In this document: positions 1 through 9,334 of the stretch, in pieces
How the letters are laid out: each line of letters starts with the position of its first letter
Position numbering within the stretch: the stretch's first letter is position 1
Virus record (IMG/VR): IMGVR_UViG_3300008108_004664
Location: 1-30,488 of that record
From: a virus
Lineage: Duplodnaviria; Caudoviricetes
DNA length: 30,488 nt
Strand: one strand, 5' to 3'
Notes under the pieces: generated by a model
Databases searched by the model: none
What the model saw: only the letters and a program-made list of their open reading frames with translations
Told to the model about the DNA's origin: nothing
Translations under genes and position numbers: made by a program

Positions 1-703
1 TTAAATTATTTTTATCAGAAACAAAAATTTTTCCAGAAATAGAATAATTTTTATTGTTAAAATCAATAGACAAATTTTTTGTTGATATATCAACAGTTGT
101 TGGAGCTATTACACTATAATAATCTATCTTATATATATCAACTAAATTTCCATTCAAATAAAAATTTCCAGCTATATCAATTGATATAGAAAAAAGAGAA
201 GAATAGTCAAATAAATTCCAAGAAACAAAATCACCAGAATCATTTCTTTTTACATATATAAGTTCTCTGTTAGTTAATGCATTTTTTGCATCAACTTTAT
301 TATCATAAATTTTATTAAGAATCAATGCATCTGCTATTATATTTTTTTGTGTATTTTCATCAGTTGAAGAATTTAAATTACCTAATTCTCCAGCAGAAAC
401 CAAAGTACTAATAAAACCATTTGTTGAATTAAATGGATAATTTACAGTAAATTCAAATTTATTCCAATAAGAACTCAATAAAACAACAGTAGTCTCCATT
501 TTTTCAAGAAAGTCGTAATTTATACCATCTATCAAATCATCCAAACTTAACATTAAACTTTCAAAACCATCTAAAAATTTTTGATTTTCAATTTTTTTAC
601 GTTGTAATTCACAATTTTCCGAATTAATACTTAAAAAGTTATAGTTTATTTTTGCTAAACCATCACCAACATTATCTTCTAAATTTAAAGGAATTATATT
701 CAT
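1..703 (-). CDS. Putative virion fibre/baseplate-associated protein, 3' end outside the window; paralogue of the two ORFs upstream
   Basis: Not in the ORF track. Hand translation from ATG at 703 is open to the window edge: MNIIPLNLEDNVGDGLAKINYNFLSINSENCELQ...METTVVLLSSYWNKFEFTVNYP... The N-terminal GDGLAKINYNF resembles the GDxLxxxxxKxNxNF-type motif of T4 gp9/gp10-like proteins. Confidence 0.8.
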   Translation of the reverse strand, partial: MNIIPLNLEDNVGDGLAKINYNFLSINSENCELQRKKIENQKFLDGFESLMLSLDDLIDGINYDFLEKMETTVVLLSSYWNKFEFTVNYPFNSTNGFISTLVSAGELGNLNSSTDENTQKNIIADALILNKIYDNKVDAKNALTNRELIYVKRNDSGDFVSWNLFDYSSLFSISIDIAGNFYLNGNLVDIYKIDYYSVIAPTTVDISTKNLSIDFNNKNYSISGKIFVSDKNNL

Positions 704-710
704 TTTTTTT

Positions 711-1484
711 TTATGATTTATCAACTTTCCAAATACAATCTTCTACTATAAATTTTACAAATTCGAAATTAGTTTCACTATATTCATCAAATATCAATGA
801 GGTTTTTGATTTCAAATATCTATTTGTTGTTTTACTAGAAATACCATTATCAGTAAAAACACATTCTATTTCTTCTGTAAAATCACAAGTGACTGAACCC
901 GCACAATTTACACAACCACATCCACGAATACAAACTTGACCAGATCTTTTTGACTCACAACTAACAGTCACATCCTTATTAGCCGTTACGCATGGTACAA
1001 CTTCACTATTCCCCACTTCGTTCATTTTTCTAATATCTTCTGAACATTTTATATAATAAATAATAGCTTTTTGACCCTCGACATAATTTGGTTTATCTAT
1101 TTTCTTTGGTTTTATTATATATGTTTTAGTTATCCAATCATGAATTATATTTTCTATATAAGTTGAAGAAAAAGTTTTTGATAAATCACCTCTAAATTTT
1201 TCAGGATATATTGTTATTATAGGCTTTACATAATGTTCCCTTTTATTTAAGATATCTTCCCATGTTTCCATATAAACGGGATTTCTTTTTTTCATAAAAT
1301 CATTTGCAAATTTTAAATTATCAAAATCTAATAAAATAGAACTTTTAAAGTCGTTATATTCATCCAAAGAGTCATTTTGTTTTTCTATTTCTTTTTTTAA
1401 AAAATCGAAAGATTTATTCAGTGTTTTAAGTGAATCACCTATGTTTTCACTTTTAAAAAATCGTGGAAGTTCTAATTTTGGCAT
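711..1484 (-). CDS. Putative virion fibre-like protein with Cys-rich insert (257 aa)
   Basis: N-terminal ENIGDSLKTLNKSFDFL motif, coiled-coil-like stretch, KPIITIYP motif, 8-Cys segment near the C-terminus; lies in the baseplate operon. Confidence 0.7.
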   Translation of the reverse strand: MPKLELPRFFKSENIGDSLKTLNKSFDFLKKEIEKQNDSLDEYNDFKSSILLDFDNLKFANDFMKKRNPVYMETWEDILNKREHYVKPIITIYPEKFRGDLSKTFSSTYIENIIHDWITKTYIIKPKKIDKPNYVEGQKAIIYYIKCSEDIRKMNEVGNSEVVPCVTANKDVTVSCESKRSGQVCIRGCGCVNCAGSVTCDFTEEIECVFTDNGISSKTTNRYLKSKTSLIFDEYSETNFEFVKFIVEDCIWKVDKS

Positions 1485-1487
1485 ATG

Positions 1488-2336
1488 TTATATTTGTTTC
1501 CAAGCATTATTATTTATTGATAAGTTTATTTTATTATACCCAATAAAGAATCTATCATTAGGATAAATTATTTCTCTAGAAATTTTTAAATCTCTTCCTT
1601 TCCATGTTTTTGGGTCTGCATCAGAGGACCAACCTGCACAAAATCCAGTAACACAATTTTGACTATTATAATAATTAGCAGGACACATTGTAAACATGTT
1701 TCCACAACTATCACCGCCCCCCATTCTGTTACATGGTTGAAATCCACCAACATTACAAGGTTTGCAACAAACTTTTGTATTTTTTCCACCAGCCGTGCAT
1801 TTTTCATTATATGATGCAGTCATTTTATATGTTATGGGTATCTCTATATAAAAATAAATTCTTACTGTTATATTTTTGTATATACCATACTCACTTTCTG
1901 GAAATTTACCATTAACCCAAGTTTCTACATTTTTAATAGTATTTAATGTGGCAACAGAATTAACCTTCGTTATTTCTCCTGTTTTGATATCAAAAGTACC
2001 CCATTTTTCTATTGGTAGTATGTTTGGATAAAAAATTTCCATAGGAGTAGATATAACCGCCCATATATCTTTATATTGATCATATACCTTTTGAATATTT
2101 TCTAATGAAGAACTGAATTGAGAAACAAATGTTAAAAATTTTCTATATTTGTCTTTGTTTTTTTCGTATTTTTGTTTTAATATTTCAAATCTATCAATTT
2201 GGTCATCTGTCATTCCTAAATCAGTACTAAAAACATCAAAATTTTGTTTTATAATATCAAAAGATTTATCCAAACAATAATCCTCAGATATTAATATTGC
2301 TTTTTGACAAGATGTATTTAAAAGATCAAAGTTCAT
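1488..2336 (-). CDS. Putative virion fibre-like protein with Cys-rich insert (282 aa)
   Basis: Same layout as 711..1484 (DYCLDKSFDIIKQNFDVF; TPMEIFYP; WVNGKFP; 9-Cys segment; terminal W). ATGA overlap with the upstream gene. Confidence 0.7.
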   Translation of the reverse strand: MNFDLLNTSCQKAILISEDYCLDKSFDIIKQNFDVFSTDLGMTDDQIDRFEILKQKYEKNKDKYRKFLTFVSQFSSSLENIQKVYDQYKDIWAVISTPMEIFYPNILPIEKWGTFDIKTGEITKVNSVATLNTIKNVETWVNGKFPESEYGIYKNITVRIYFYIEIPITYKMTASYNEKCTAGGKNTKVCCKPCNVGGFQPCNRMGGGDSCGNMFTMCPANYYNSQNCVTGFCAGWSSDADPKTWKGRDLKISREIIYPNDRFFIGYNKINLSINNNAWKQI

Positions 2337-5300
2337 AACCAGTTTATTTTATTTAAAAATGTATTATAAGGTGATATTGTGTTTATATTGTTTTGTATTG
2401 ATTCTTCTATTAGTTTTTTTATTCTACCAGATACTTTTAAATTATGTATATTAATATTATAATAATTAGACTTACTACCTGGTAATTGATACTTAAAGAA
2501 ATGATTTATTTTTTCCACATAATTCCTTTCACCTACAGAAATATTCCAATTTAAATTACCCCTGTTTATAGATTTACTATTTGAAAAATACAATTGTTCT
2601 ATTTCTGATTGAATGAAACTTTTATTATAAATTCTTAAATCAGAAACTTTTCCAACAAATTTATAACCATCCTCTATACCGACTAAATCATTTAATGAGG
2701 TATTTTTTATTGTTGTTGCTCCTAATAATAAAGGAGACATATATTCATAATAAAGTAAACTATTTTTTGAAATATTTTTTTCATTTACTTTTATAGAATC
2801 TATATAATAAATAACTTTTCCAGCTAAACCATCAAATACAAAAGAAAAATTATGCCAACCTGGTGGTAATTGAGAAACATCGTAATCTAATGTTAAATTT
2901 TCAAACTTTTCTTCTAGGTGATCTGATGTTTTAAGTTTCCAACTTAAAGTTTTTTGAAAAGGATTTGAGTATTTTCTAATATAATCAAATCCAGTAAAAT
3001 CTCCTTTTGCTGAAAATTTCCAATAAGTTTCAAATCTTATATTTTCATCTTGTATATAAGATCTTAAATCAGTTCTTTTTATTAATTGTCCAGATGTTTG
3101 AAAGAAATATAATTTGAAGTTAATTGTATCAACAACACAAATAACATCATACAGTTCTTTCTGAAGTTCTTTACAGTTTTTGTAAAACTCAGAAGCAGAT
3201 GTTCTTATTATACCTATATGACAATATGGATATGAATCATCAGTCATATTATCTTTATCTACAAAGTCATCCAACAATTTTTTATTAACATCAAATGTAT
3301 CAGTTGTTGTATTATATTTTATAAGAGTATTATCTTTTGTTATAAACCAAAGATTATTTTCACTATCACATGTTATACTTTGACATTTTCCAATATGTCC
3401 TTTTATTTGTTTATCAGAATAATAGTTACTATTCCCACCGATATAATTAGTGCATATATATAAATTTTCTCCAACTATTTCCCATAAATTATCATTATTA
3501 TCTATTATCGATATATTAGAATCACATTTTACAAGATTACCATTCGATCTAAAATCTATCCTTGGTTTTCTTATAGCTTCTGTTAAAGATACATATTTTC
3601 CTAAAGAATTTATTTTTAACATAATTGATTCTTCTGAATCAAAAATAACTAAATTCATATCCTTGTCCAACAAAACCTGATTTATACTTTTTATTGTTTT
3701 TTTAATATTACCATCGTCTGTGTTTAATATTGTTCCGTTGCTATCAACTCTATATGCAATAACATTTGAAGTATCTATCAACCAATAACTAAAATCAGGA
3801 AGTCTTAAAACCCATTCAAAAAAACAATTTTTTGGATTAACAAATCCTTTAGATGTTAATTGATAAGAATCAGTTAAACCAGACCTATAATTTATATTAT
3901 AAGATCTTTTTCCTTCATTTTCTATAATTGTTAAAAGAGGTGATATTTGACCACTATCGTTTATTAAACCCCAACCTCCATTGTAATAATTTCCAAAAAT
4001 TTGCCATCCATATATTTTTGACCAGTTATCAACATTTATCCAAAGAGATACAGTAATCTTTTGAGTTTCTAATAAATCCGAAGTTGAAGGAAATATTATA
4101 TGGTTAGAACCATATAAAGTATATGACGACTTATCTGATTGTATAGTATCTCGGTTTATTACAATACCATTGTTGGCATATTTAGAGGAATCTTCTGCTT
4201 GGTTTGAATTCCATGTGTTTATATGAAGTGTTTTAGATCCGTTTTTTGTTTCTGATGTATAATCTAAATAATTAATAAATTCTCTAGAACTTTTTATACC
4301 TTGTCTAAAATACTTGTATCTAGCACCAGGTTCTAAAGAAAGCGTAGATGGGGTATCATATATATATGGCTTAGAAGGATCGAGTCTTTCGTTATATTTA
4401 AGATAACCACTAGATAAAGCCTCATTTGTTGTTAGATAAGCAGAATTGTAATATCTATCCATCCATTGTTTTGAACCATTCTGTGAACCCTTTAACCAAG
4501 AACAAAGCCATGTTCCAGTTTCTCTAAAAAAAGATACCGGCTGAGATATTTCGGGCAATGTATTTTTGTAACTTACAGATAATCCATAAATCCTGTCAGA
4601 AGTTAAAGGATGTTCACCAGCTATTGATCCAGATTCTATTAAATTAGAGGAACTCAAAGGAATTCTTTGTGATGCAGGAGAGTATTGAAACTCAGTTTCC
4701 CTATCTGATACAAGAACTAATTTTGTACTATTTGAGGTATATCCCAAATAAATTTCATCATATCCATTTTCTTGATTTGAACCACTATATATCTGCCAAT
4801 ATATTCTTCTTATATAAGGATTATCTTCAGCGAAAAATGGTCCCTTTACATAGTCATAATCAGGATTTTGGTAATTTTTAAGACCATTATAATCAGAAAT
4901 ATACACCGCTTCATCATCAATTATGATAGGGTTTTCTGTTGGAAACATGAAAAGAAAGTTTTGTAAATATGGTTTATTAAATATAGTTGAGTCTTTATAC
5001 AGAGAATCTATTGGATCTATTGGTTTATTATTATATTCAGCAATTTTACTATCAACAATATAATTTTCGTTAGAATTAATTTTATTATAACAATCTAATT
5101 TAAAAATCACTTCATTTGGTATTCTAAAAAACTGGTCTTTGAAAGAAACAGAGGATAAAACTAAATTATTATTAGAATTTAATGATAAACATTTTGATGC
5201 ATTTGATCCATCTAAAAATAAACATATCTCTCCATTATTATTCAAAAAGTATTCAAATCTCTGTTTGTTTATTGGTGGAGTTGCTTTTGTTGTAAAAAAT

Positions 5301-5779
5301 GTACCATTATCCAATTCGGAATTACATTGTAAAACTTGACCGGATTGATTCTCTATATATAATAAATTATTATCTTCTTCATCTATAGTAAATTTTAAAA
5401 AATCAACATCAGACAATTTTTTTCTTTCTGTTTTGTTTAAAATTGTTATGTCTTTTTTATTTACTTTTAAATTTAATGGAGTTATAACAAATCCGTCTTT
5501 ATTGGATAGTGTAGAGTTTATTACAGTTAAATCTGTTGATTCTTCTGGTTTATTTTTATTTTTAAAAATTTCAGAAGATGATAGTAAATCTGTTAAAAAC
5601 AGACTTGTTTGGTTATTATTTTTATAATCCATACCTTCTAATAAGAAAGCATGACCATTGAAAGTCATACCATTATTAAAAATATATTTTTGATATATTG
5701 TTTCATAATGATTTCCTTGTAACTCAAACTTCAAAGGATACCAATAAAATGCAGATGCGGTGTTATATATAGTAATCAT
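2333..5779 (-). CDS. Large virion structural protein with LamG/concanavalin-like domain and probable beta-propeller (1148 aa)
   Basis: LamG-type motifs ITVSLWINV, GWHNFSFVFDG, YYIDS, FVGKVSDLRIYNKSF..EIEQLY; propeller-like blades (IIDNNDNLWEI, ITCDSENNLWFI). TAATG coupling to the upstream gene. Confidence 0.75.
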   Translation of the reverse strand: MITIYNTASAFYWYPLKFELQGNHYETIYQKYIFNNGMTFNGHAFLLEGMDYKNNNQTSLFLTDLLSSSEIFKNKNKPEESTDLTVINSTLSNKDGFVITPLNLKVNKKDITILNKTERKKLSDVDFLKFTIDEEDNNLLYIENQSGQVLQCNSELDNGTFFTTKATPPINKQRFEYFLNNNGEICLFLDGSNASKCLSLNSNNNLVLSSVSFKDQFFRIPNEVIFKLDCYNKINSNENYIVDSKIAEYNNKPIDPIDSLYKDSTIFNKPYLQNFLFMFPTENPIIIDDEAVYISDYNGLKNYQNPDYDYVKGPFFAEDNPYIRRIYWQIYSGSNQENGYDEIYLGYTSNSTKLVLVSDRETEFQYSPASQRIPLSSSNLIESGSIAGEHPLTSDRIYGLSVSYKNTLPEISQPVSFFRETGTWLCSWLKGSQNGSKQWMDRYYNSAYLTTNEALSSGYLKYNERLDPSKPYIYDTPSTLSLEPGARYKYFRQGIKSSREFINYLDYTSETKNGSKTLHINTWNSNQAEDSSKYANNGIVINRDTIQSDKSSYTLYGSNHIIFPSTSDLLETQKITVSLWINVDNWSKIYGWQIFGNYYNGGWGLINDSGQISPLLTIIENEGKRSYNINYRSGLTDSYQLTSKGFVNPKNCFFEWVLRLPDFSYWLIDTSNVIAYRVDSNGTILNTDDGNIKKTIKSINQVLLDKDMNLVIFDSEESIMLKINSLGKYVSLTEAIRKPRIDFRSNGNLVKCDSNISIIDNNDNLWEIVGENLYICTNYIGGNSNYYSDKQIKGHIGKCQSITCDSENNLWFITKDNTLIKYNTTTDTFDVNKKLLDDFVDKDNMTDDSYPYCHIGIIRTSASEFYKNCKELQKELYDVICVVDTINFKLYFFQTSGQLIKRTDLRSYIQDENIRFETYWKFSAKGDFTGFDYIRKYSNPFQKTLSWKLKTSDHLEEKFENLTLDYDVSQLPPGWHNFSFVFDGLAGKVIYYIDSIKVNEKNISKNSLLYYEYMSPLLLGATTIKNTSLNDLVGIEDGYKFVGKVSDLRIYNKSFIQSEIEQLYFSNSKSINRGNLNWNISVGERNYVEKINHFFKYQLPGSKSNYYNINIHNLKVSGRIKKLIEESIQNNINTISPYNTFLNKINWL

Positions 5780-6561
5780 TATAAATCCATATTTATTGTT
5801 AATTTTTTCTGAATAATTGATTCGTAATCAACATCCGTTGTGTCTTGAAATGGAAAAAATGCATTTATTGAATTAACACTTAAATCTTGGTCTTTTAGAA
5901 CATTTATACTAACAAGACCAAATTCATTTTTTGGTCCTCTACATATATGTGAAATATTAAATGTTTTAGTAAATCTGTTATACGACAATTTTAAAGGTTC
6001 AACAATAGGTAATAATTTATAATAATCTTTTATATTAAAATTAAAAAAAACTGTGAAGTAATTTTTTACATCTAATATAGATGTATTCATATCAAACTCT
6101 TCTACTATATACCCAAGTTTTAATCCGTTTATATTTTGATACTGTTCGATTTTATTTGATACTATATATATTTTCTTATTATTTTCATCAAAATAATAAT
6201 CAGGAAAAGTTAATCTTCTTGAAGATAGTGATGTAGTAAAGTTATTATCTTGGTTTCTTGGTAAAATCTGATTATTTTCTACCACTATTTGATCAAATAT
6301 ATTTCCTCTAGGTGTTTCAACAAATAAAACATCCTGAATCATATCAAATCTTAAAAAGAAAGTTCCATCCATCAAATCTTGATAAAAAGTTCTTCCAGAA
6401 GAATCTTGTTCTGCTAAATCAGATGAAACATTTTTATATTTTAAAAACACTTTAGACAAAGCTTCTTGTGCAGGAAGTATTAAATTGTTAGGTGTTCTTA
6501 ACCACAATTCTCCTTCCTGTCTATTTTTTTCGTAAAAAGTTAATGAAAAATATTTTCCCAT
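5779..6561 (-). CDS. Hypothetical structural protein (260 aa), beta-rich
   Basis: Long ORF tightly packed in the baseplate operon; no family recognised. Confidence 0.65.
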   Translation of the reverse strand: MGKYFSLTFYEKNRQEGELWLRTPNNLILPAQEALSKVFLKYKNVSSDLAEQDSSGRTFYQDLMDGTFFLRFDMIQDVLFVETPRGNIFDQIVVENNQILPRNQDNNFTTSLSSRRLTFPDYYFDENNKKIYIVSNKIEQYQNINGLKLGYIVEEFDMNTSILDVKNYFTVFFNFNIKDYYKLLPIVEPLKLSYNRFTKTFNISHICRGPKNEFGLVSINVLKDQDLSVNSINAFFPFQDTTDVDYESIIQKKLTINMDL

Positions 6562-6562
6562 T

Positions 6563-7192
6563 TCAAATATTTAGTTGATAAGTGTTATAATCCTCTATAA
6601 GAATAGCTGATTCTTGTCCTGATTTTGGCCTCCACTCTGCTATTACAGGAAAAACCCACGAAGGGTCTTTTCCCTCAAATATATATAATATTTTATTATC
6701 AGGTCCAAATATCTTAGAATTAATAAGATGAAAATTTTTAAAGAATCCAGTTTTAGATCCATCTAGTTTTGGTGCATTTAAAATAACTCTAAATTTATAA
6801 ACCAGAGGATTCTTTACACCAAACATATAAATTTTAACATTACCATTTATAACTCTTTTAAATGTATCTATTAAATTATATATATGATTTTTTGAAAAAT
6901 TTCTAGGATCACCTGTTTCTTTTTGTATTGGATATACTAAAGAAGCGGAAGAATTAAAAGACGAAGGTTCTATTTTTTGTGTTTCCGTAACACCATCACC
7001 CCAATCATATACTATTTTATAAATTTTTGATTCAAATTTAAATTGACCCTGACCAGTTTCCGTGTCTTGGTTGCTTAATGGTCTTGCATCGAAAGGATTT
7101 ACAATAAAATTAAGAGGCGCAAATTGATTTATTACAAGTGTTTTATCAGAACTCAATAAATTAAATGTTGTTTCGTAAAATTTTAAATTCAT
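6563..7192 (-). CDS. PKD-like domain structural protein (209 aa)
   Basis: KIVYDWGDG followed by NHIY, resembling the PKD/Ig-like WDFGDG...HxY signature. Confidence 0.6.
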   Translation of the reverse strand: MNLKFYETTFNLLSSDKTLVINQFAPLNFIVNPFDARPLSNQDTETGQGQFKFESKIYKIVYDWGDGVTETQKIEPSSFNSSASLVYPIQKETGDPRNFSKNHIYNLIDTFKRVINGNVKIYMFGVKNPLVYKFRVILNAPKLDGSKTGFFKNFHLINSKIFGPDNKILYIFEGKDPSWVFPVIAEWRPKSGQESAILIEDYNTYQLNI

Positions 7193-7196
7193 ATTA

Positions 7197-9332
7197 TTAT
7201 CCTAGAGGTGTTTTAACATTTGAACAACATATACTGGTCGCTTCTTCCCATGTTTTTGTTTGTACATAATTTGTTGGAAATTTACTTTCTAATTCTTTGA
7301 AAGAAATTGGATTTGTATTACAAATTCTTATGATTGGTTTTTTTATATTATATGTTGACATTGCCTTCCAAGACCAACAAAAAGGTGATTTACACTTTTC
7401 TAAATTTCTTCCAATATCACTTTCTGTTGATATAACTTCTATATCCAAAAATGTTTTAAGTTTTAATAATGCATCATAGATTTTTTGAAGTTCTTTATTT
7501 ATAACCGATGGCGTATGTAGTTCATTTACACCAACAGCTATTTGATTATTCTCTATTTCCTGACCTAAATTTGGTCTTGTATTAGACTTTATTGGATATG
7601 CTCTAAAGTAAGAAATTTCTCCTGCTGGAGTAAATTCTTTTGTTAATTCTAATTTTGATTCCAATGAGTTTCTAAAATTTATAATATTTTGACAAATTCT
7701 TGACAAAGATCTATTTAAAACAATATCTTGAACCATCTCATCTTTTTTAATTAAAATTTGATTTAAACTCCAATAATTTAAATCTAAACCGTCACCTGTT
7801 TTTAATATATCAGTAATTTCTTGACATTTTATAACAGCATTATTATGGGCTAATAATATGTTTCTATTTTTCCCTTTTTTACCTGCAACATACTTAGCAT
7901 TAGGAATTTCTAAAAAATCCATATATAAACCAAGTGCTGTATATTTAAAAACTGCACCAAATTCTTCCGTTGTAGAGTTCTCTGTTATTATATAGAAGAA
8001 TTCACCAGCTTCATCGAAAAATATTTTTTTAGGTATTAGGTTTTGTATATTTTGTATATTGAAAGTGGATTTGGGTGTTTTAGATTTATGACTGAAAACA
8101 TATACATTTTTCTCTGTTAAAACGTATAAAAACCTAGTAACAGGATGAACTGTTATTGAAATGGGGATATCTGTTTTAAAAATACCAGGATTACATGTAT
8201 AAACCCATTCTAAATTTTCGCTATATACTTTTACACATTGATTATTATAATCTAAAACATAAATCATTTTATTATTATAAATTAATTGTATTGGATTATT
8301 AAATGTAAATGGATCTGTTTCATCTCCATATGATCCTATATTTAAAGTAAACGATAATATAGGATTATAAGATTCGTATAAACTATTAGTAGAATCAAAA
8401 TCCATATCTATTCTATAAACTTTATTTTGAATAGAATCTAATAAAAATATTTTTTTACCATCATCACTTATATCAAATGAAATTATTTCGGTTAACGTAT
8501 TTGATATTTCATCTTGGTTATCAAAATTTATTCTTTGTATTTTATTAGAATTTTTAAAAATTCTAAACCCTTTATCATCTAAAACAAATATTAAAGATTC
8601 GGTTTCTGCTATATCTTTGATATTTAAAAACCCATTATATTGCCTACCTAAAGCCTTCACAATACTTCTACCAGTAAATTGGTCTGGATATTTATAATAC
8701 TCTGAATTACCTGATTTATTATTGTAATCTAATGTATGCCATCTTATTCCAGATGATAGAAGAGATGCATTTAAACCCAACCACCCATAATATAATGATG
8801 GAGTTTTTGTATTTAAAATTCTCGTGTTAGATTTTAAATACTCTAAACATTCATGTAATTTTTTTAAAAAATCATTATATATAGAACTTACACCAAATTC
8901 ATTAGGATTTATCCTTATTTGATCAAATGTATAAGGAAGTTGTAATATATTCTCACCCAAGAGTCTTATATTTTCTTGATTAAATTTAGGCCATTCTTTG
9001 TATACACGAATAGGAAATTCTAGATAATACATTTTTTTTGTATCATTATTATATGTTATTTCATAACTTATATAATAAGTACCTTGCTCAAGGTATTTAT
9101 ATGTAACATTATCTAGAGTAGGACTATTTGGGTCAAGATCTAATATTATTTCACCAGAAACATTCTGTTCTGGATTTTCTCCAGTAAACAATTGAATTTT
9201 TTTTATATTATTTAATGTATCAATGTTTGTAGGTACTTCAAATTTAAAAAATATGGATTTACCCACAATCGTATAATATGATGAGATATACAATCTTGGT
9301 TGAGAAGAATTTGATCCTGTTCCAATATTCAT
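7197..9332 (-). CDS. Structural protein with PKD-like N-terminus and NHL/6-bladed beta-propeller (711 aa)
   Basis: TYKYLEQGTYYISY (PKD-like); GSYGDETDPFTFNNPIQL..IYVLDYNNQCVKVY (NHL repeat); Cys-containing C-terminal tail. Confidence 0.7.
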   Translation of the reverse strand: MNIGTGSNSSQPRLYISSYYTIVGKSIFFKFEVPTNIDTLNNIKKIQLFTGENPEQNVSGEIILDLDPNSPTLDNVTYKYLEQGTYYISYEITYNNDTKKMYYLEFPIRVYKEWPKFNQENIRLLGENILQLPYTFDQIRINPNEFGVSSIYNDFLKKLHECLEYLKSNTRILNTKTPSLYYGWLGLNASLLSSGIRWHTLDYNNKSGNSEYYKYPDQFTGRSIVKALGRQYNGFLNIKDIAETESLIFVLDDKGFRIFKNSNKIQRINFDNQDEISNTLTEIISFDISDDGKKIFLLDSIQNKVYRIDMDFDSTNSLYESYNPILSFTLNIGSYGDETDPFTFNNPIQLIYNNKMIYVLDYNNQCVKVYSENLEWVYTCNPGIFKTDIPISITVHPVTRFLYVLTEKNVYVFSHKSKTPKSTFNIQNIQNLIPKKIFFDEAGEFFYIITENSTTEEFGAVFKYTALGLYMDFLEIPNAKYVAGKKGKNRNILLAHNNAVIKCQEITDILKTGDGLDLNYWSLNQILIKKDEMVQDIVLNRSLSRICQNIINFRNSLESKLELTKEFTPAGEISYFRAYPIKSNTRPNLGQEIENNQIAVGVNELHTPSVINKELQKIYDALLKLKTFLDIEVISTESDIGRNLEKCKSPFCWSWKAMSTYNIKKPIIRICNTNPISFKELESKFPTNYVQTKTWEEATSICCSNVKTPLG

Positions 9333-9334
9333 TT

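Noticed and set aside
703-713. Ten-base A tract (minus strand) between two paralogues as a phase-variation or frameshift site
   Set aside because: The tract begins inside the TAA stop codon, so length changes would not fuse or disrupt either ORF.
1485-1490. In-frame stop-to-start junctions (also 20138-20146 and 29658-29672) as read-through fusions
   Set aside because: All are TAA stops, each downstream gene has its own ATG, and in-frame spacing occurs one time in three by chance.
711-2336. Diversity-generating retroelement acting on the Cys-rich segments
   Set aside because: No reverse transcriptase and no template/variable repeat pair differing at adenines was seen in this window; one elsewhere in the genome cannot be excluded.
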